A stretch of 64,000 bases of DNA from Roseococcus sp. (lineage in GTDB: Bacteria > Pseudomonadota > Alphaproteobacteria > Acetobacterales > Acetobacteraceae). A model generated the notes under the pieces. It saw only the letters and a list, made by a program, of their open reading frames with translations. It was not told the origin of the DNA and searched no databases. The DNA lies in NCBI GenBank assembly GCA_019747315.1, contig JAIEQY010000227.1:25953-89952 (forward strand), read 5' to 3'. A program made the translations under genes and the position numbers. Below, in pieces: positions 29,223 through 37,631 of the stretch (the stretch's first letter is position 1; each line of letters starts with the position of its first letter).

Positions 29223-29531
29223 ATGGCGGAACATCAACCGCAGGATTGGCATCACGAGGACATCAAGGCCGCGCTGCGCAAGAAGCACCGCTCGCTCGAA
29301 GCCCTCGCGAAAGACTGGGGCTACCACCCCTCCGCCGTCCGCGTGGCCCTCAACCCCGGCTCACGCTGGCCGGGGCTGGAAGCCCGCATCGCGGCGGAGC
29401 TTGGCGTCGCCCCGCACATCCTGTGGCCGGACCGCTGGAACCCTGACGGGACCCGGAGGCCGTCCTCCATCGCCGCGGACGATAGCCCGGCCCGGCGCCC
29501 TGCACACCGTCAAATTGGGAAGGCTGCCTGA
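29223..29531 (+). CDS. ner: Ner-like transcriptional regulator
   Basis: DWH.EDIKAALRK, IA..LG..P..LWP.R; divergent from repressor. Confidence 0.92.
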   Translation: MAEHQPQDWHHEDIKAALRKKHRSLEALAKDWGYHPSAVRVALNPGSRWPGLEARIAAELGVAPHILWPDRWNPDGTRRPSSIAADDSPARRPAHRQIGKAA

Positions 29532-29533
29532 AC

Positions 29534-30439
29534 ATGTCGCAACAAATCGTCGAAATTCCGCTTGAGCGCATCATTGTCGCGAACCGCCTGCGGCCGGTGG
29601 ACGATGATTATGTGCAGCTGCTGGCCGCCAGCATGGCCGAAACGGGCCAGCACACCCCCATTGAGGTGGCGCCGGCCGATATTGATGGCGATCACCGCCT
29701 GATCGCCGGGGCGCACCGGGTGGCGGCGGCGAAGGCGGCCGGCCTGCCCACGCTGCGCGCCATCGTCTTCCTCGGCAGCCAGGATGAGGAAGCGCTGCGC
29801 GAGGTGGACGAAAACCTCATGCGGCGCGAGCTGTCCGAGCTGGACCGCGCCGTGTTCATGGCCAAGCGGGCCGAGATCTATCAGCGCCTCTACCCCGAGA
29901 CGAAGCAGGGCGGGGACCGGCGCTCGGATCAAAAGGACAAAAATGTCCTTTTGATTTCCGGGCAGGCGAGCTTCCGGGCCGAGACCTCCAAAAAGCTGGG
30001 TTTGAGCGAGCGCCACGTCAACCGCGTCCTCAAGCGCGCGGATATCGAGCCCGCCTTGCGCGCCCTGCTGGCGCCCACGCGGTGGGCGGACCACGGCGCC
30101 ACGCTGGATGGGCTGGTGAAGGCGCAGCCGGATGTGCGCCGGAGCATGGTCTACGCGCTGACGCGGGAGGTGAACCCGGCGCCGAGCTTCGCGGCGGCGC
30201 GCCATGAGGCGCTGGGCGTCAAGGAGAATGTGAAATCCGACGCCGAGGCGGCGCTGGACCGGCTAATTGCCGCCTGGGGCAAGGCGGGGCGGCAGCGCGG
30301 GGTGCAGAAGCAGTTTCTGCGGTGGGTCCTGGGCCAGGAGGCCATGCGCGCCGAGGCGGATGCCATCCTCTCGGAATATGAGCAGGAGGGCGATGAAGGC
30401 CGCGTCCTCAAGGCCATCAGCGCCGGGAGGCCGGCATGA
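29534..30439 (+). CDS. ParB/Srx N-terminal domain protein
   Basis: LIAGAHRV.A, E.DENL.RREL, GGDRRS, HTH. Confidence 0.85.
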   Translation: MSQQIVEIPLERIIVANRLRPVDDDYVQLLAASMAETGQHTPIEVAPADIDGDHRLIAGAHRVAAAKAAGLPTLRAIVFLGSQDEEALREVDENLMRRELSELDRAVFMAKRAEIYQRLYPETKQGGDRRSDQKDKNVLLISGQASFRAETSKKLGLSERHVNRVLKRADIEPALRALLAPTRWADHGATLDGLVKAQPDVRRSMVYALTREVNPAPSFAAARHEALGVKENVKSDAEAALDRLIAAWGKAGRQRGVQKQFLRWVLGQEAMRAEADAILSEYEQEGDEGRVLKAISAGRPA

Positions 30440-30777
30440 GCGCCCTGCACGCCCGCAGCGGCGCCGATGGCAGCACCACGCCCGCGCAGCGCTACTGCCA
30501 CGCGGATTTGGTGGCCCTCATCGGCCAGGCCATCAACAGCCTGACCCTGAACGAGGGCGGCCTGGACCTGGCCGCCGATGTGGACCTGGGAACCGACCTG
30601 CTGCTGCAAGGCCGGGACATCCTCGACCTGTTCGAGCGGCTGGAGGAGTGGCTGGGCCTGCAGCTCTGCCCCGCCATGGCGCTGGACCTGGTGCTGGCGG
30701 GCCCGACCATCGGCCGCCTGGCCCGCGTGCTGGCCGAGCGGCTGGCGCAGCAGCCGGAGGCCGCGGGCCATGCGTGA
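30436..30777 (+). CDS. Acyl-carrier-protein-like protein lacking the phosphopantetheine Ser
   Basis: Gapless match to ACP pattern DLG.DSLD..EL...LEE.FG..I...T(V/I)..L, with DSL replaced by QGR; ATGA-coupled start. Confidence 0.65.
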   Translation: MSALHARSGADGSTTPAQRYCHADLVALIGQAINSLTLNEGGLDLAADVDLGTDLLLQGRDILDLFERLEEWLGLQLCPAMALDLVLAGPTIGRLARVLAERLAQQPEAAGHA

Positions 30778-30904
30778 GGTCGAATTCCGGCCCATCCGCT
30801 GGTGGCAGGTGCTGATCGGCGGCGGCATCGTCGTCCCGGTCTGCGTCTGGGCGCTGCTCTGGGCCTTCGTGATCCTCGGCTGGGCGCTGGAGGGCGGGGC
30901 ATGA
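30770..30904 (+). CDS. Small membrane protein (44 aa)
   Basis: Overlaps upstream stop; GGAGG RBS; one long hydrophobic segment. Confidence 0.6.
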   Translation: MREVEFRPIRWWQVLIGGGIVVPVCVWALLWAFVILGWALEGGA

Positions 30905-31047
30905 GCGAAGTCACTCCTCAGGATCGGGAATGGGCAGTACGGGAAGCGCGGGCGATTGAGCAGCGCTTCCAAGCCTTCCTTGCAGCAAATCGGCAGCAGT
31001 CTGCCAAACTGGCCGCGCCGCAGAAGCCGGCGCCGAGTGCTGAATGA
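30901..31047 (+). CDS. Small hypothetical protein (48 aa)
   Basis: ATGA coupling, GGAGG RBS; overlaps antisense gene. Confidence 0.45.
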   Translation: MSEVTPQDREWAVREARAIEQRFQAFLAANRQQSAKLAAPQKPAPSAE

Positions 31048-31204
31048 CCGACGCCGCGCGGCTCATCACCACCCGCACGTCGGCGGCGCTCAGCACGTCC
31101 TTTTGGACGAGCACGACCATCAACTCGGCCAAAATCTGTGCGGATGCCGTGCTTCCGTCGAAGGCGGCGCGCAGCAGCATTTCCGGGGGGAAGTCTTCAC
31201 TCAT
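30911..31204 (-). CDS. Antisense hypothetical protein (97 aa)
   Basis: GGAGAG RBS before ATG, globular helical composition. Confidence 0.55.
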   Translation of the reverse strand: MSEDFPPEMLLRAAFDGSTASAQILAELMVVLVQKDVLSAADVRVVMSRAASVIQHSAPASAARPVWQTAADLLQGRLGSAAQSPALPVLPIPDPEE

Positions 31205-31294
31205 TCATCTCTCCATCCATCGTCGGGGGACATGGATGGTGGGGCAGCGGCGGGCGGGAAGTCACGCGCTTCCTGCCCGCCGGATGGCCGCCTG

Positions 31295-31744
31295 ATGCCC
31301 CCGCGTCAGCCCGACCTGCTGGACTGGACGCCGCCCGAGCCGGTGGCCGCCTTCGCGCCCGAACAGGTGCGCGCCGCGACGCTGGAGGCGCGGATCGCCC
31401 GCGCCGTCTCCGTCGCCCTGCAGGACTGCAAGCTGACGCGCGAGGAAATCGCCGCGCGGATGAGCGCCTGGCTCGGCACCAAGGTCACCCTGAACATGCT
31501 GAACGCCTATGCCAGCGTCGCGCGGCAGGATCATCCCATCGGCCTCACGCGGTTCCTCGCCCTGGTCCATGCGACGTGCGACCGCCGCCTGCTGGAGCTG
31601 CTGGCCGAGATGAACGGCTGGGCCGTGATCGAGCGCCGGCACCTGCCGCTGATCGAGATGGCCGCCATCCGCGAGCAGGAAGACGAGCTGCGCCGCCGGC
31701 GTGACGCGCTGACGCGCAAGGCCCGCGCCGAGGGCGGCCTCTGA
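31295..31744 (+). CDS. Phage regulatory/transposition-associated protein (CII-like HTH)
   Basis: R..IAARMS..LG..V...ML.AYAS; TGATG-coupled to transposase. Confidence 0.7.
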   Translation: MPPRQPDLLDWTPPEPVAAFAPEQVRAATLEARIARAVSVALQDCKLTREEIAARMSAWLGTKVTLNMLNAYASVARQDHPIGLTRFLALVHATCDRRLLELLAEMNGWAVIERRHLPLIEMAAIREQEDELRRRRDALTRKARAEGGL

Positions 31745-33690
31745 TGCCGCGCGACGGCCAGACCGCCGCCTGCGAATGGTTCTCCGCCGCCGAGCTGGCG
31801 GCGCTGGCCCTGCCGGGCATGCCCACCACGAAGGGCAAGGTGCTGGATCTCGCCAAGCGCCAGGACTGGCAGCGCCCCGACTGGGAAGGCACGCATTGGC
31901 GCCAGCGCGCCGGGCGCGGCGGCGGCATCGAGTACCACCTGGCCGTCCTCCCCATGGTGGCCCGCGCGAAGCTCGCCTTCGCCGAGCACCAGGCCGCGCA
32001 GGAGCCCGCCCACGCGCATGCCGAGGGCCTGTGGGACTGGTACGCCCGCCAGCCCAGCACGAAGAAGGCCAAGGCCGAGGCCCGCCTGAAGGCGCTGGAC
32101 GCGGTCGAGACGCTGGTCCGCGCGGGTGAGCGCCGGGTGCAGGCCATGCAGATGATCGCGGCCGAGCAGAAGATCGCCCTTTCCAGCCTCTATGAATGGG
32201 CGAAATGCACCCACGGCCAGGCGCGTGAGGATTGGCTGCCGGCCCTGGCGCCGCGCCATGGCGGCGGGCGGGAGCGCGCGGAGCTGCCCGACGAAGCCTG
32301 GGAGATGCTGAAGGGCGATTTCCTCCGCCCCGAGCGGCCGAATTTCAGCGCCTGCTACCGCCGCCTCCAGCGCGTCGCCGCGCAGCAGGCCTGGGAGCTG
32401 CCGGCCGAGCGCACCCTGCACAACCGGATGATGGAGATCCCGGTCCATCAGCGCGTGCTGCTGCGCGATGGCGTGGATGCCCTGCGCCGCATGTTCCCGG
32501 CCCAGCAGCGTGACCGCGGCGTGTTCCACGCCCTCGAAGCGGTCAATGCGGATGGCCACACCTGGGATGTCTTCGTGCGCTGGCCGGATGGCACCATCGG
32601 CCGCCCGCACATGGTGGCCTTCCAGGATCTCTACTCGGGCAAAATCCTCTCCTTCCGGGTGGATGTCGCGCTCTCCTGGCATGCGGTGCGCCTGGCCTTC
32701 GGCGACATGGTGGAGAGCTTCGGCATCCCGCGCCTCTGCTGGCTCGACAATGGCCGGGAATTCGCCGCCAAGCGCATCACGGGCGGGCAGAAGACCCGGT
32801 ACCGCTTCAAGGTGAAGGATGAGGAGCCCGAGGGCCTGATGACCACCATGGGCGTGGAGGTCCATTGGACCACGCCCTATCACGGCCAGGCGAAGCCCAT
32901 CGAGCGCGCCTTCCGGGACCTGGCGCAGGACGCCGCCAAGCACCCCGCCTTCGCCGGCGCCTATACCGGCAACAGCCCCACCGCGAAGCCGGACAATTAC
33001 GGCAAGGCCGCCGTGCCGCTGGATGAGTTCCTGCGCGTGATCAGCGAGGAAATCGCCGAGCACAATGCCCGCGCCGGCCGCCGCTCGCCCATCTGCGCCG
33101 GCCGCAGCTTCGATGAGACCTTCGCCGCCTCCTACGCCGTCTCGCCCATCCAGCGCGCCTCGGCCGAGCAGCGGCGCCTGTGGCTGCTGGCGGCCGAGGC
33201 CGTGCGCCCGCGCGCGCAGGACGGCGCCATCCACCTCTACGGCAACCGCTACTGGGCCGAATTCCTGCACGCCCAGCGCGGCAGCCAGGTGGTGGCCCGC
33301 TTCGACCCGGATGCCCTGGCCGAGGCCCTGCACATCTACGCCGCCGATGGCCGCTACCTGGGTGCGGCCGAGTGCCTGGAGGCGGCCGGCTTCAACTCCG
33401 TCTCCGCCGCGCAGGATCAGGCCCGCCGCTGGAAGCAGTACCTGCGCGCGACGCGCCAGGGGGCCGAGGCGCTGAACCGCATGTCCATCGCCGAGGTGGC
33501 CCGCAAGCTCCCGCAGATCGAGGCGGCGGAGCCGCCCGAGGCGCGCGTGGTGCAGCCCATTTTCGCCGGGAACACGGCGCTGAAGGCGCTGCCGCGCGAG
33601 GAGCGCGAGGAGGAGAGCGACCGCGTCATGGACGCGCTGCGCGCCCAGCCGCTGCGGAATTTCAGGATCGTCGAAGACGAGGACGATTGA
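31744..33690 (+). CDS. Mu-type DDE transposase A
   Basis: N-terminal WFSAAEL..LPG.P Mu DNA-binding domain; catalytic ADGH, LDNGREF, KPIERAF. Confidence 0.97.
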   Translation: MPRDGQTAACEWFSAAELAALALPGMPTTKGKVLDLAKRQDWQRPDWEGTHWRQRAGRGGGIEYHLAVLPMVARAKLAFAEHQAAQEPAHAHAEGLWDWYARQPSTKKAKAEARLKALDAVETLVRAGERRVQAMQMIAAEQKIALSSLYEWAKCTHGQAREDWLPALAPRHGGGRERAELPDEAWEMLKGDFLRPERPNFSACYRRLQRVAAQQAWELPAERTLHNRMMEIPVHQRVLLRDGVDALRRMFPAQQRDRGVFHALEAVNADGHTWDVFVRWPDGTIGRPHMVAFQDLYSGKILSFRVDVALSWHAVRLAFGDMVESFGIPRLCWLDNGREFAAKRITGGQKTRYRFKVKDEEPEGLMTTMGVEVHWTTPYHGQAKPIERAFRDLAQDAAKHPAFAGAYTGNSPTAKPDNYGKAAVPLDEFLRVISEEIAEHNARAGRRSPICAGRSFDETFAASYAVSPIQRASAEQRRLWLLAAEAVRPRAQDGAIHLYGNRYWAEFLHAQRGSQVVARFDPDALAEALHIYAADGRYLGAAECLEAAGFNSVSAAQDQARRWKQYLRATRQGAEALNRMSIAEVARKLPQIEAAEPPEARVVQPIFAGNTALKALPREEREEESDRVMDALRAQPLRNFRIVEDEDD

Positions 33691-33733
33691 TGTCTGCCCC
33701 TCGCGCCGCCTTCGACGGCTGCCGGGGGAAATG

Positions 33734-33767
33734 AAAAACGCCCGCCACGTTGGAGCGCGGCGGGCGT
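33734..33767 (-). terminator. Antisense intrinsic terminator between A and B
   Basis: Minus strand ACGCCCGCCGCG-CTCCAA-CGTGGCGGGCGT then TTTT. Confidence 0.65.
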
Positions 33768-33797
33768 GGGTACCACTGGTCAGAAAGGACTTTGAGA

Positions 33798-34775
33798 ATG
33801 TCAGATGACGTCACCGGCCGCAAGTATTCGCAGGAGGATCAGCAGCTCCTGCGCCAGCGCCTGCTGGAGCACCGCAACACCAAGGATCTCCGCTGGAAGG
33901 ACATCGCGGCCGAGAGCGGCGTGCCGATGGGCACGCTCTCCCCCTGGGCGGGCGGCACCTATCAGGGCGAGGGCAGCCCCATCGCCGAGAAGGTGGAGCG
34001 CTACCTCGCCTCGACCGAGAAGCGCGAGGCCGTCCGCGCCATCGCGCCGGACATGGGCTTCGTGATGACGCCCTCCGCGCAGGATTTCATGGCGCTGCTG
34101 AACCGCGCCCAGCATATGCCGGACATGAGCGTCCTGACCGGCGCCCCCGGCGTGGGCAAGACCAAGGCCGCCTGCGAGTACAAGCGCCGCAACCCCAACG
34201 TCTTCAAGATCGTGGCCGAGCCCAGCCTCAGCACCATCCCGGCCCTGCTGGGCTCCATCGCGCATGAGCTGCGCGTGACGGAGGTGGGCCGGCAGGACCG
34301 CATCGCCCGCCTCATCAAGCAGCGCCTCATCGGCACCCGGGCGCTGATCATCGTGGATGAGGCCCAGCACCTGACGACCGAGATGCTGGATCAGCTGCGC
34401 GCCTTCCATGACCAGGCCGAGATCGGCATCGCGCTCGTCGGCAACTCGGCCGTGATTGGCCGGCTGGAGGGTGGGCGGCGCAGCCAGGAATACGCCCAGC
34501 TCTACAGCCGCGTCGGCATGCGGCTGAACCGGCGTGAGCCGAAGAAGGGCGACGTGGAGGCCATGCTCGATGCCTGGGGCGTCGAGGAGAAGGATGTGCG
34601 CCTGGCGCTGCGCGCGGTGGCCAAGCAGGGCGGCGCGCTGCGCAGTTGCAACAAGGCCTTCCTGCTGGCGCAGATGATCGCGGCGAATGAGGGCCGCACC
34701 CTGAGCACCGAGGATGTGCAGCTGGCCTATGGCCAGATCAGCGACCAGCGCGTGCCGCTGCGGGACGCGGCATGA
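33798..34775 (+). CDS. MuB-like AAA+ transposition ATPase
   Basis: N-terminal HTH, GAPGVGKT, IIVDEAQHL, LVGN, QLYSRVG, GALR. Confidence 0.96.
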   Translation: MSDDVTGRKYSQEDQQLLRQRLLEHRNTKDLRWKDIAAESGVPMGTLSPWAGGTYQGEGSPIAEKVERYLASTEKREAVRAIAPDMGFVMTPSAQDFMALLNRAQHMPDMSVLTGAPGVGKTKAACEYKRRNPNVFKIVAEPSLSTIPALLGSIAHELRVTEVGRQDRIARLIKQRLIGTRALIIVDEAQHLTTEMLDQLRAFHDQAEIGIALVGNSAVIGRLEGGRRSQEYAQLYSRVGMRLNRREPKKGDVEAMLDAWGVEEKDVRLALRAVAKQGGALRSCNKAFLLAQMIAANEGRTLSTEDVQLAYGQISDQRVPLRDAA

Positions 34776-34948
34776 GCGCGACCCAGCCCCAGACGATGAT
34801 CCCGCGCCCGCCTGCTCTAACCGAGGCGATTGTCCGGGCCGCCTACGAGCATTTCATGCGCGGCGCCGAGCATCCGTGCAGCGCGAGCGCAATGGGCGAG
34901 GCCATCGCCCTTGCCGTCGCCAAGATGGCACCTGCCAGCCATGAGTGA
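34772..34948 (+). CDS. Small hypothetical protein (58 aa)
   Basis: ATGA-coupled to B; fills the gap to the next gene. Confidence 0.5.
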   Translation: MSATQPQTMIPRPPALTEAIVRAAYEHFMRGAEHPCSASAMGEAIALAVAKMAPASHE

Positions 34949-35348
34949 CCGCGGCACCATCACCCTGATGCGGCAGGAGCTGACGCGGCTGACCGCCCGC
35001 GTGGCGGAGCTGGAGGCCAGGCTCGGCCCGGATATGCCCACGGGCGGCCCGATCACCGTGCGCGCCATCCTGGATGAGGTCTCCACCGAGTTCGGCGTGC
35101 CCGTGCCGGAGATCCTGAGCCCGTGGCGGGAGGAGCGGCTGCTGCCGGCGCGCCACGCCGCCATGGCCCTGGCCCGGCGCCTGACCAAGCTGAGCCTGCC
35201 GCAGATCGGCCGCGTCATGCGGCGGGATCACACCACCGTCCTCGCCGGCATCGCCGCGCATGAGCGGCGGGAGGCGACTTCACCCCAAATCGCCGCGCGC
35301 ACCCGCGCGGTGTCCCAACGCCTGCAGAGGAGCATGAGCGATGCGTAA
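34941..35348 (+). CDS. DnaA domain IV (C-terminal HTH) protein with N-terminal coiled coil
   Basis: I...V...FG.....I.S..R......RH.AM.L.R.LT..SLPQIGR...RDHTTV. Confidence 0.88.
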   Translation: MSDRGTITLMRQELTRLTARVAELEARLGPDMPTGGPITVRAILDEVSTEFGVPVPEILSPWREERLLPARHAAMALARRLTKLSLPQIGRVMRRDHTTVLAGIAAHERREATSPQIAARTRAVSQRLQRSMSDA

Positions 35349-35859
35349 GAAGTTGAAGCGCGCGGCGGAGACGGTCCGCGCGCCCCAATCGCGGGAGGAG
35401 GCGGAGGCGATGCTGGCCCGCCTCGGCGCGATCGAGCGCGACCGGACAATTCTGGCCACCGCCCTGGAGGAGAGCCTGGCCGCCGAGCGCACCCGCGTGG
35501 ATGCCCAGGACCTGCCGCTGCGCACGGAGGCCGAGCAGCTGACGCGTGGCATCCAGCTCTGGGCCGAGGCGAACCGGCCGAGCCTGACGCAGGATGGCCG
35601 GACGAAGACCATCCGCCTCACCACCGGGGAGATCGCCTGGCGCTCCCGGCCGGCCAGCGTGACGCTGCGAGGCGTTGAGGCGGTGCTGGAGCACCTGGTC
35701 AAGAAAGGGCTGACGAAGTTCATCCGCGAGAAGCAGGAGGTGAACAAGGAGGCCATGCTGGCGGACGTTGCCTTGGCCCGCACGGTGCCGGGCGTGACCA
35801 TCGGCAGCCAGGGCGAAGAGTTCGTCGTCTCGCCGCTGACCGAGCAGGTGGCGGCATGA
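35341..35859 (+). CDS. gam: Host-nuclease inhibitor Gam
   Basis: W.EANR..LT..G.TKT..L.TGEI.WR..P.SV, FIR.K.EVNKEAML. Confidence 0.93.
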   Translation: MRKKLKRAAETVRAPQSREEAEAMLARLGAIERDRTILATALEESLAAERTRVDAQDLPLRTEAEQLTRGIQLWAEANRPSLTQDGRTKTIRLTTGEIAWRSRPASVTLRGVEAVLEHLVKKGLTKFIREKQEVNKEAMLADVALARTVPGVTIGSQGEEFVVSPLTEQVAA

Positions 35860-36245
35860 GCAAGGGGCGCATTGTCGCAGAAGGCGACACCATCGTCATG
35901 CTGTCTGTCCAATCTGCCACCGTGGCGCCGTGGAGGCGGATGTTGCCCGTTTCCGGCAATGTAACGGTCAGGGTGGTGCTGGAAAGCACGGAACAGACTT
36001 ATGGCCCGGTCGTCCTAGACCAGTCCGAAACCACGATCTGGCCCTCGGCCTCCAGCATCACGCATCGGCGCTTTTCGGAATGGGCTGGCCGGATGGCTGC
36101 CCGCGCCGCTGGCTGGGCATCCGACACGCTGACGCTGCCCGAGACGGTCAACGAGCCGATGCCAGAGGAGCAGGTGGCGCGGTTCATCCGGGACATGCGC
36201 GGGATGTTGGATGCGATGGAGAATGCCAGTCATGAGCAAGTCTGA
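35856..36245 (+). CDS. Hypothetical protein
   Basis: ATGA-coupled ORF in the semi-essential region. Confidence 0.6.
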   Translation: MSKGRIVAEGDTIVMLSVQSATVAPWRRMLPVSGNVTVRVVLESTEQTYGPVVLDQSETTIWPSASSITHRRFSEWAGRMAARAAGWASDTLTLPETVNEPMPEEQVARFIRDMRGMLDAMENASHEQV

Positions 36246-36459
36246 AACGACCGGCGTGACCATGGGCTGGAAGATGGCAGAGTGCGAGAATGAACCCACC
36301 GCCGCCGAACTCGCTCGCCGCTGCGAGATGTTCAAGGTCCTTCGCGGCAAGATCGAGGAGATCAGCGCCCGGCTGAAGACCTACGACGACATGAGTGACA
36401 TCTCGGTGGCCGAGCTTGCGGCCGAGCTGGATCGGTTACTGGCAGAGGTGGCGGCATGA
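36232..36459 (+). CDS. Hypothetical protein
   Basis: GGAGA RBS, overlapping neighbours. Confidence 0.55.
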   Translation: MSKSETTGVTMGWKMAECENEPTAAELARRCEMFKVLRGKIEEISARLKTYDDMSDISVAELAAELDRLLAEVAA

Positions 36460-36647
36460 TCGGCTTCTCCTCCGCCATGATCGGGCTCGGCCTCTTTGCC
36501 ATCCTCGTTCTGCTGATCTTCGCTGCAATGTGTGCGGTGGCCCGGCGCGAAGGTGACGCTGAGAAGGGGCTGGCTTGCCTCTTCCTGTGCCCCTTCCCGC
36601 TGGCCTGGATCATCTGCTGGGCCGTTGTGCGGTGGCCCTCCGCATGA
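36456..36647 (+). CDS. Small two-helix membrane protein
   Basis: ATGA-coupled; two hydrophobic segments. Confidence 0.6.
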   Translation: MIGFSSAMIGLGLFAILVLLIFAAMCAVARREGDAEKGLACLFLCPFPLAWIICWAVVRWPSA

Positions 36648-36907
36648 ACCCTCCCAGCGAAATCCGGTCTGCCGCGATCCTGGCCAACACCATGGGATCG
36701 CACCTGAATGGGCACCGGCAAAGCCGCGCCGTTCTGGCGCTGGCCATGGTGTTCGGGCAGTTCCCCGCCCAGGCCGATGTCGAAGACCCCGCGGCCATGT
36801 TCGAGGCGATGGTGGGCCTGGCCCGCCAGCAGCTGAAGACGCGCCTTCTCGCCAATCAGATGCACGCGTCCGGCCTTGGGGACATCGCTCCGATGGCGCC
36901 GCTGTGA
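36644..36907 (+). CDS. Hypothetical protein
   Basis: ATGA-coupled ORF. Confidence 0.55.
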   Translation: MNPPSEIRSAAILANTMGSHLNGHRQSRAVLALAMVFGQFPAQADVEDPAAMFEAMVGLARQQLKTRLLANQMHASGLGDIAPMAPL

Positions 36908-37170
36908 GCGCCCGCACCCCCGAGCAGCTGGCGGAAGACCGCGAGGCGAGCGACCTGGCGACGGCGCTGTTCAACACCATCGTCTGCCTCGGCAAGTCGA
37001 ACACGGTCGCTGTGAACGCGGCGGCCGGCCTGCTGGGCCTGATGGTCAGCGTCACGGCGCAGCCGGGCCAGGAGGCCGCGGTGATGCGCGCGATGGCGCG
37101 GCAGGCGCGGGACCAGATGGACCTGCAGCTGCGCCTGCGTGCCCTCGGCCAGACGGTCGGCAACGCATGA
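36904..37170 (+). CDS. Hypothetical protein
   Basis: GTGA-coupled ORF. Confidence 0.55.
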   Translation: MSARTPEQLAEDREASDLATALFNTIVCLGKSNTVAVNAAAGLLGLMVSVTAQPGQEAAVMRAMARQARDQMDLQLRLRALGQTVGNA

Positions 37171-37631
37171 ACGCCATCAAGACATCGGCTCAGCGCGCCT
37201 CCGGCACGACATGGGCGCCGCGCGGGATCTCGCGCGGCGCCGTCTTCGCCCCGCGCTGCCTCACGCGCCTCGGCGTCGCCATCGAGCGGCTGGAGGAGTT
37301 CGGCCAGGGGCCCGAGATGGATGCCGAGCTGTTCCGGGCGCTGGGTTGGGCCGTGGCGCCGCCGATCTCGCCCCGTTCGGCCTGGCGCGTGCGCAGCCCG
37401 CTCTCCTCCGCCTGGATGCCCATGCCGCCCGTGACGACGCTCACGGACGGCGCGGCCATCCTGGTGCCGCCCGGCTGGGATTACGGCGCCGGCCGCCGCG
37501 GCGCGCATGCCTTCGCCTGGTGCAAGGCCGGCGCCCGCTTCACCGAATGCACATCCGCCACGCCGGCCCTCGCGCTGGCCCGCGCCGGGCTGCACGCCTG
37601 GCGCCATATCCTGCTGGAGCAAGACGCATGA
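37167..37631 (+). CDS. Phage ABA-sandwich/NinX-like protein
   Basis: E.DAE...ALGW, TT..D.A..LVP, ATPALALARA.L. Confidence 0.55.
   Translation: MNAIKTSAQRASGTTWAPRGISRGAVFAPRCLTRLGVAIERLEEFGQGPEMDAELFRALGWAVAPPISPRSAWRVRSPLSSAWMPMPPVTTLTDGAAILVPPGWDYGAGRRGAHAFAWCKAGARFTECTSATPALALARAGLHAWRHILLEQDA

Noticed and set aside
29534-30439. ParB-like gene as evidence of a plasmid-prophage partition system
   Set aside because: No parA or parS array; the element is integrated and ParB-domain genes are common after ner.
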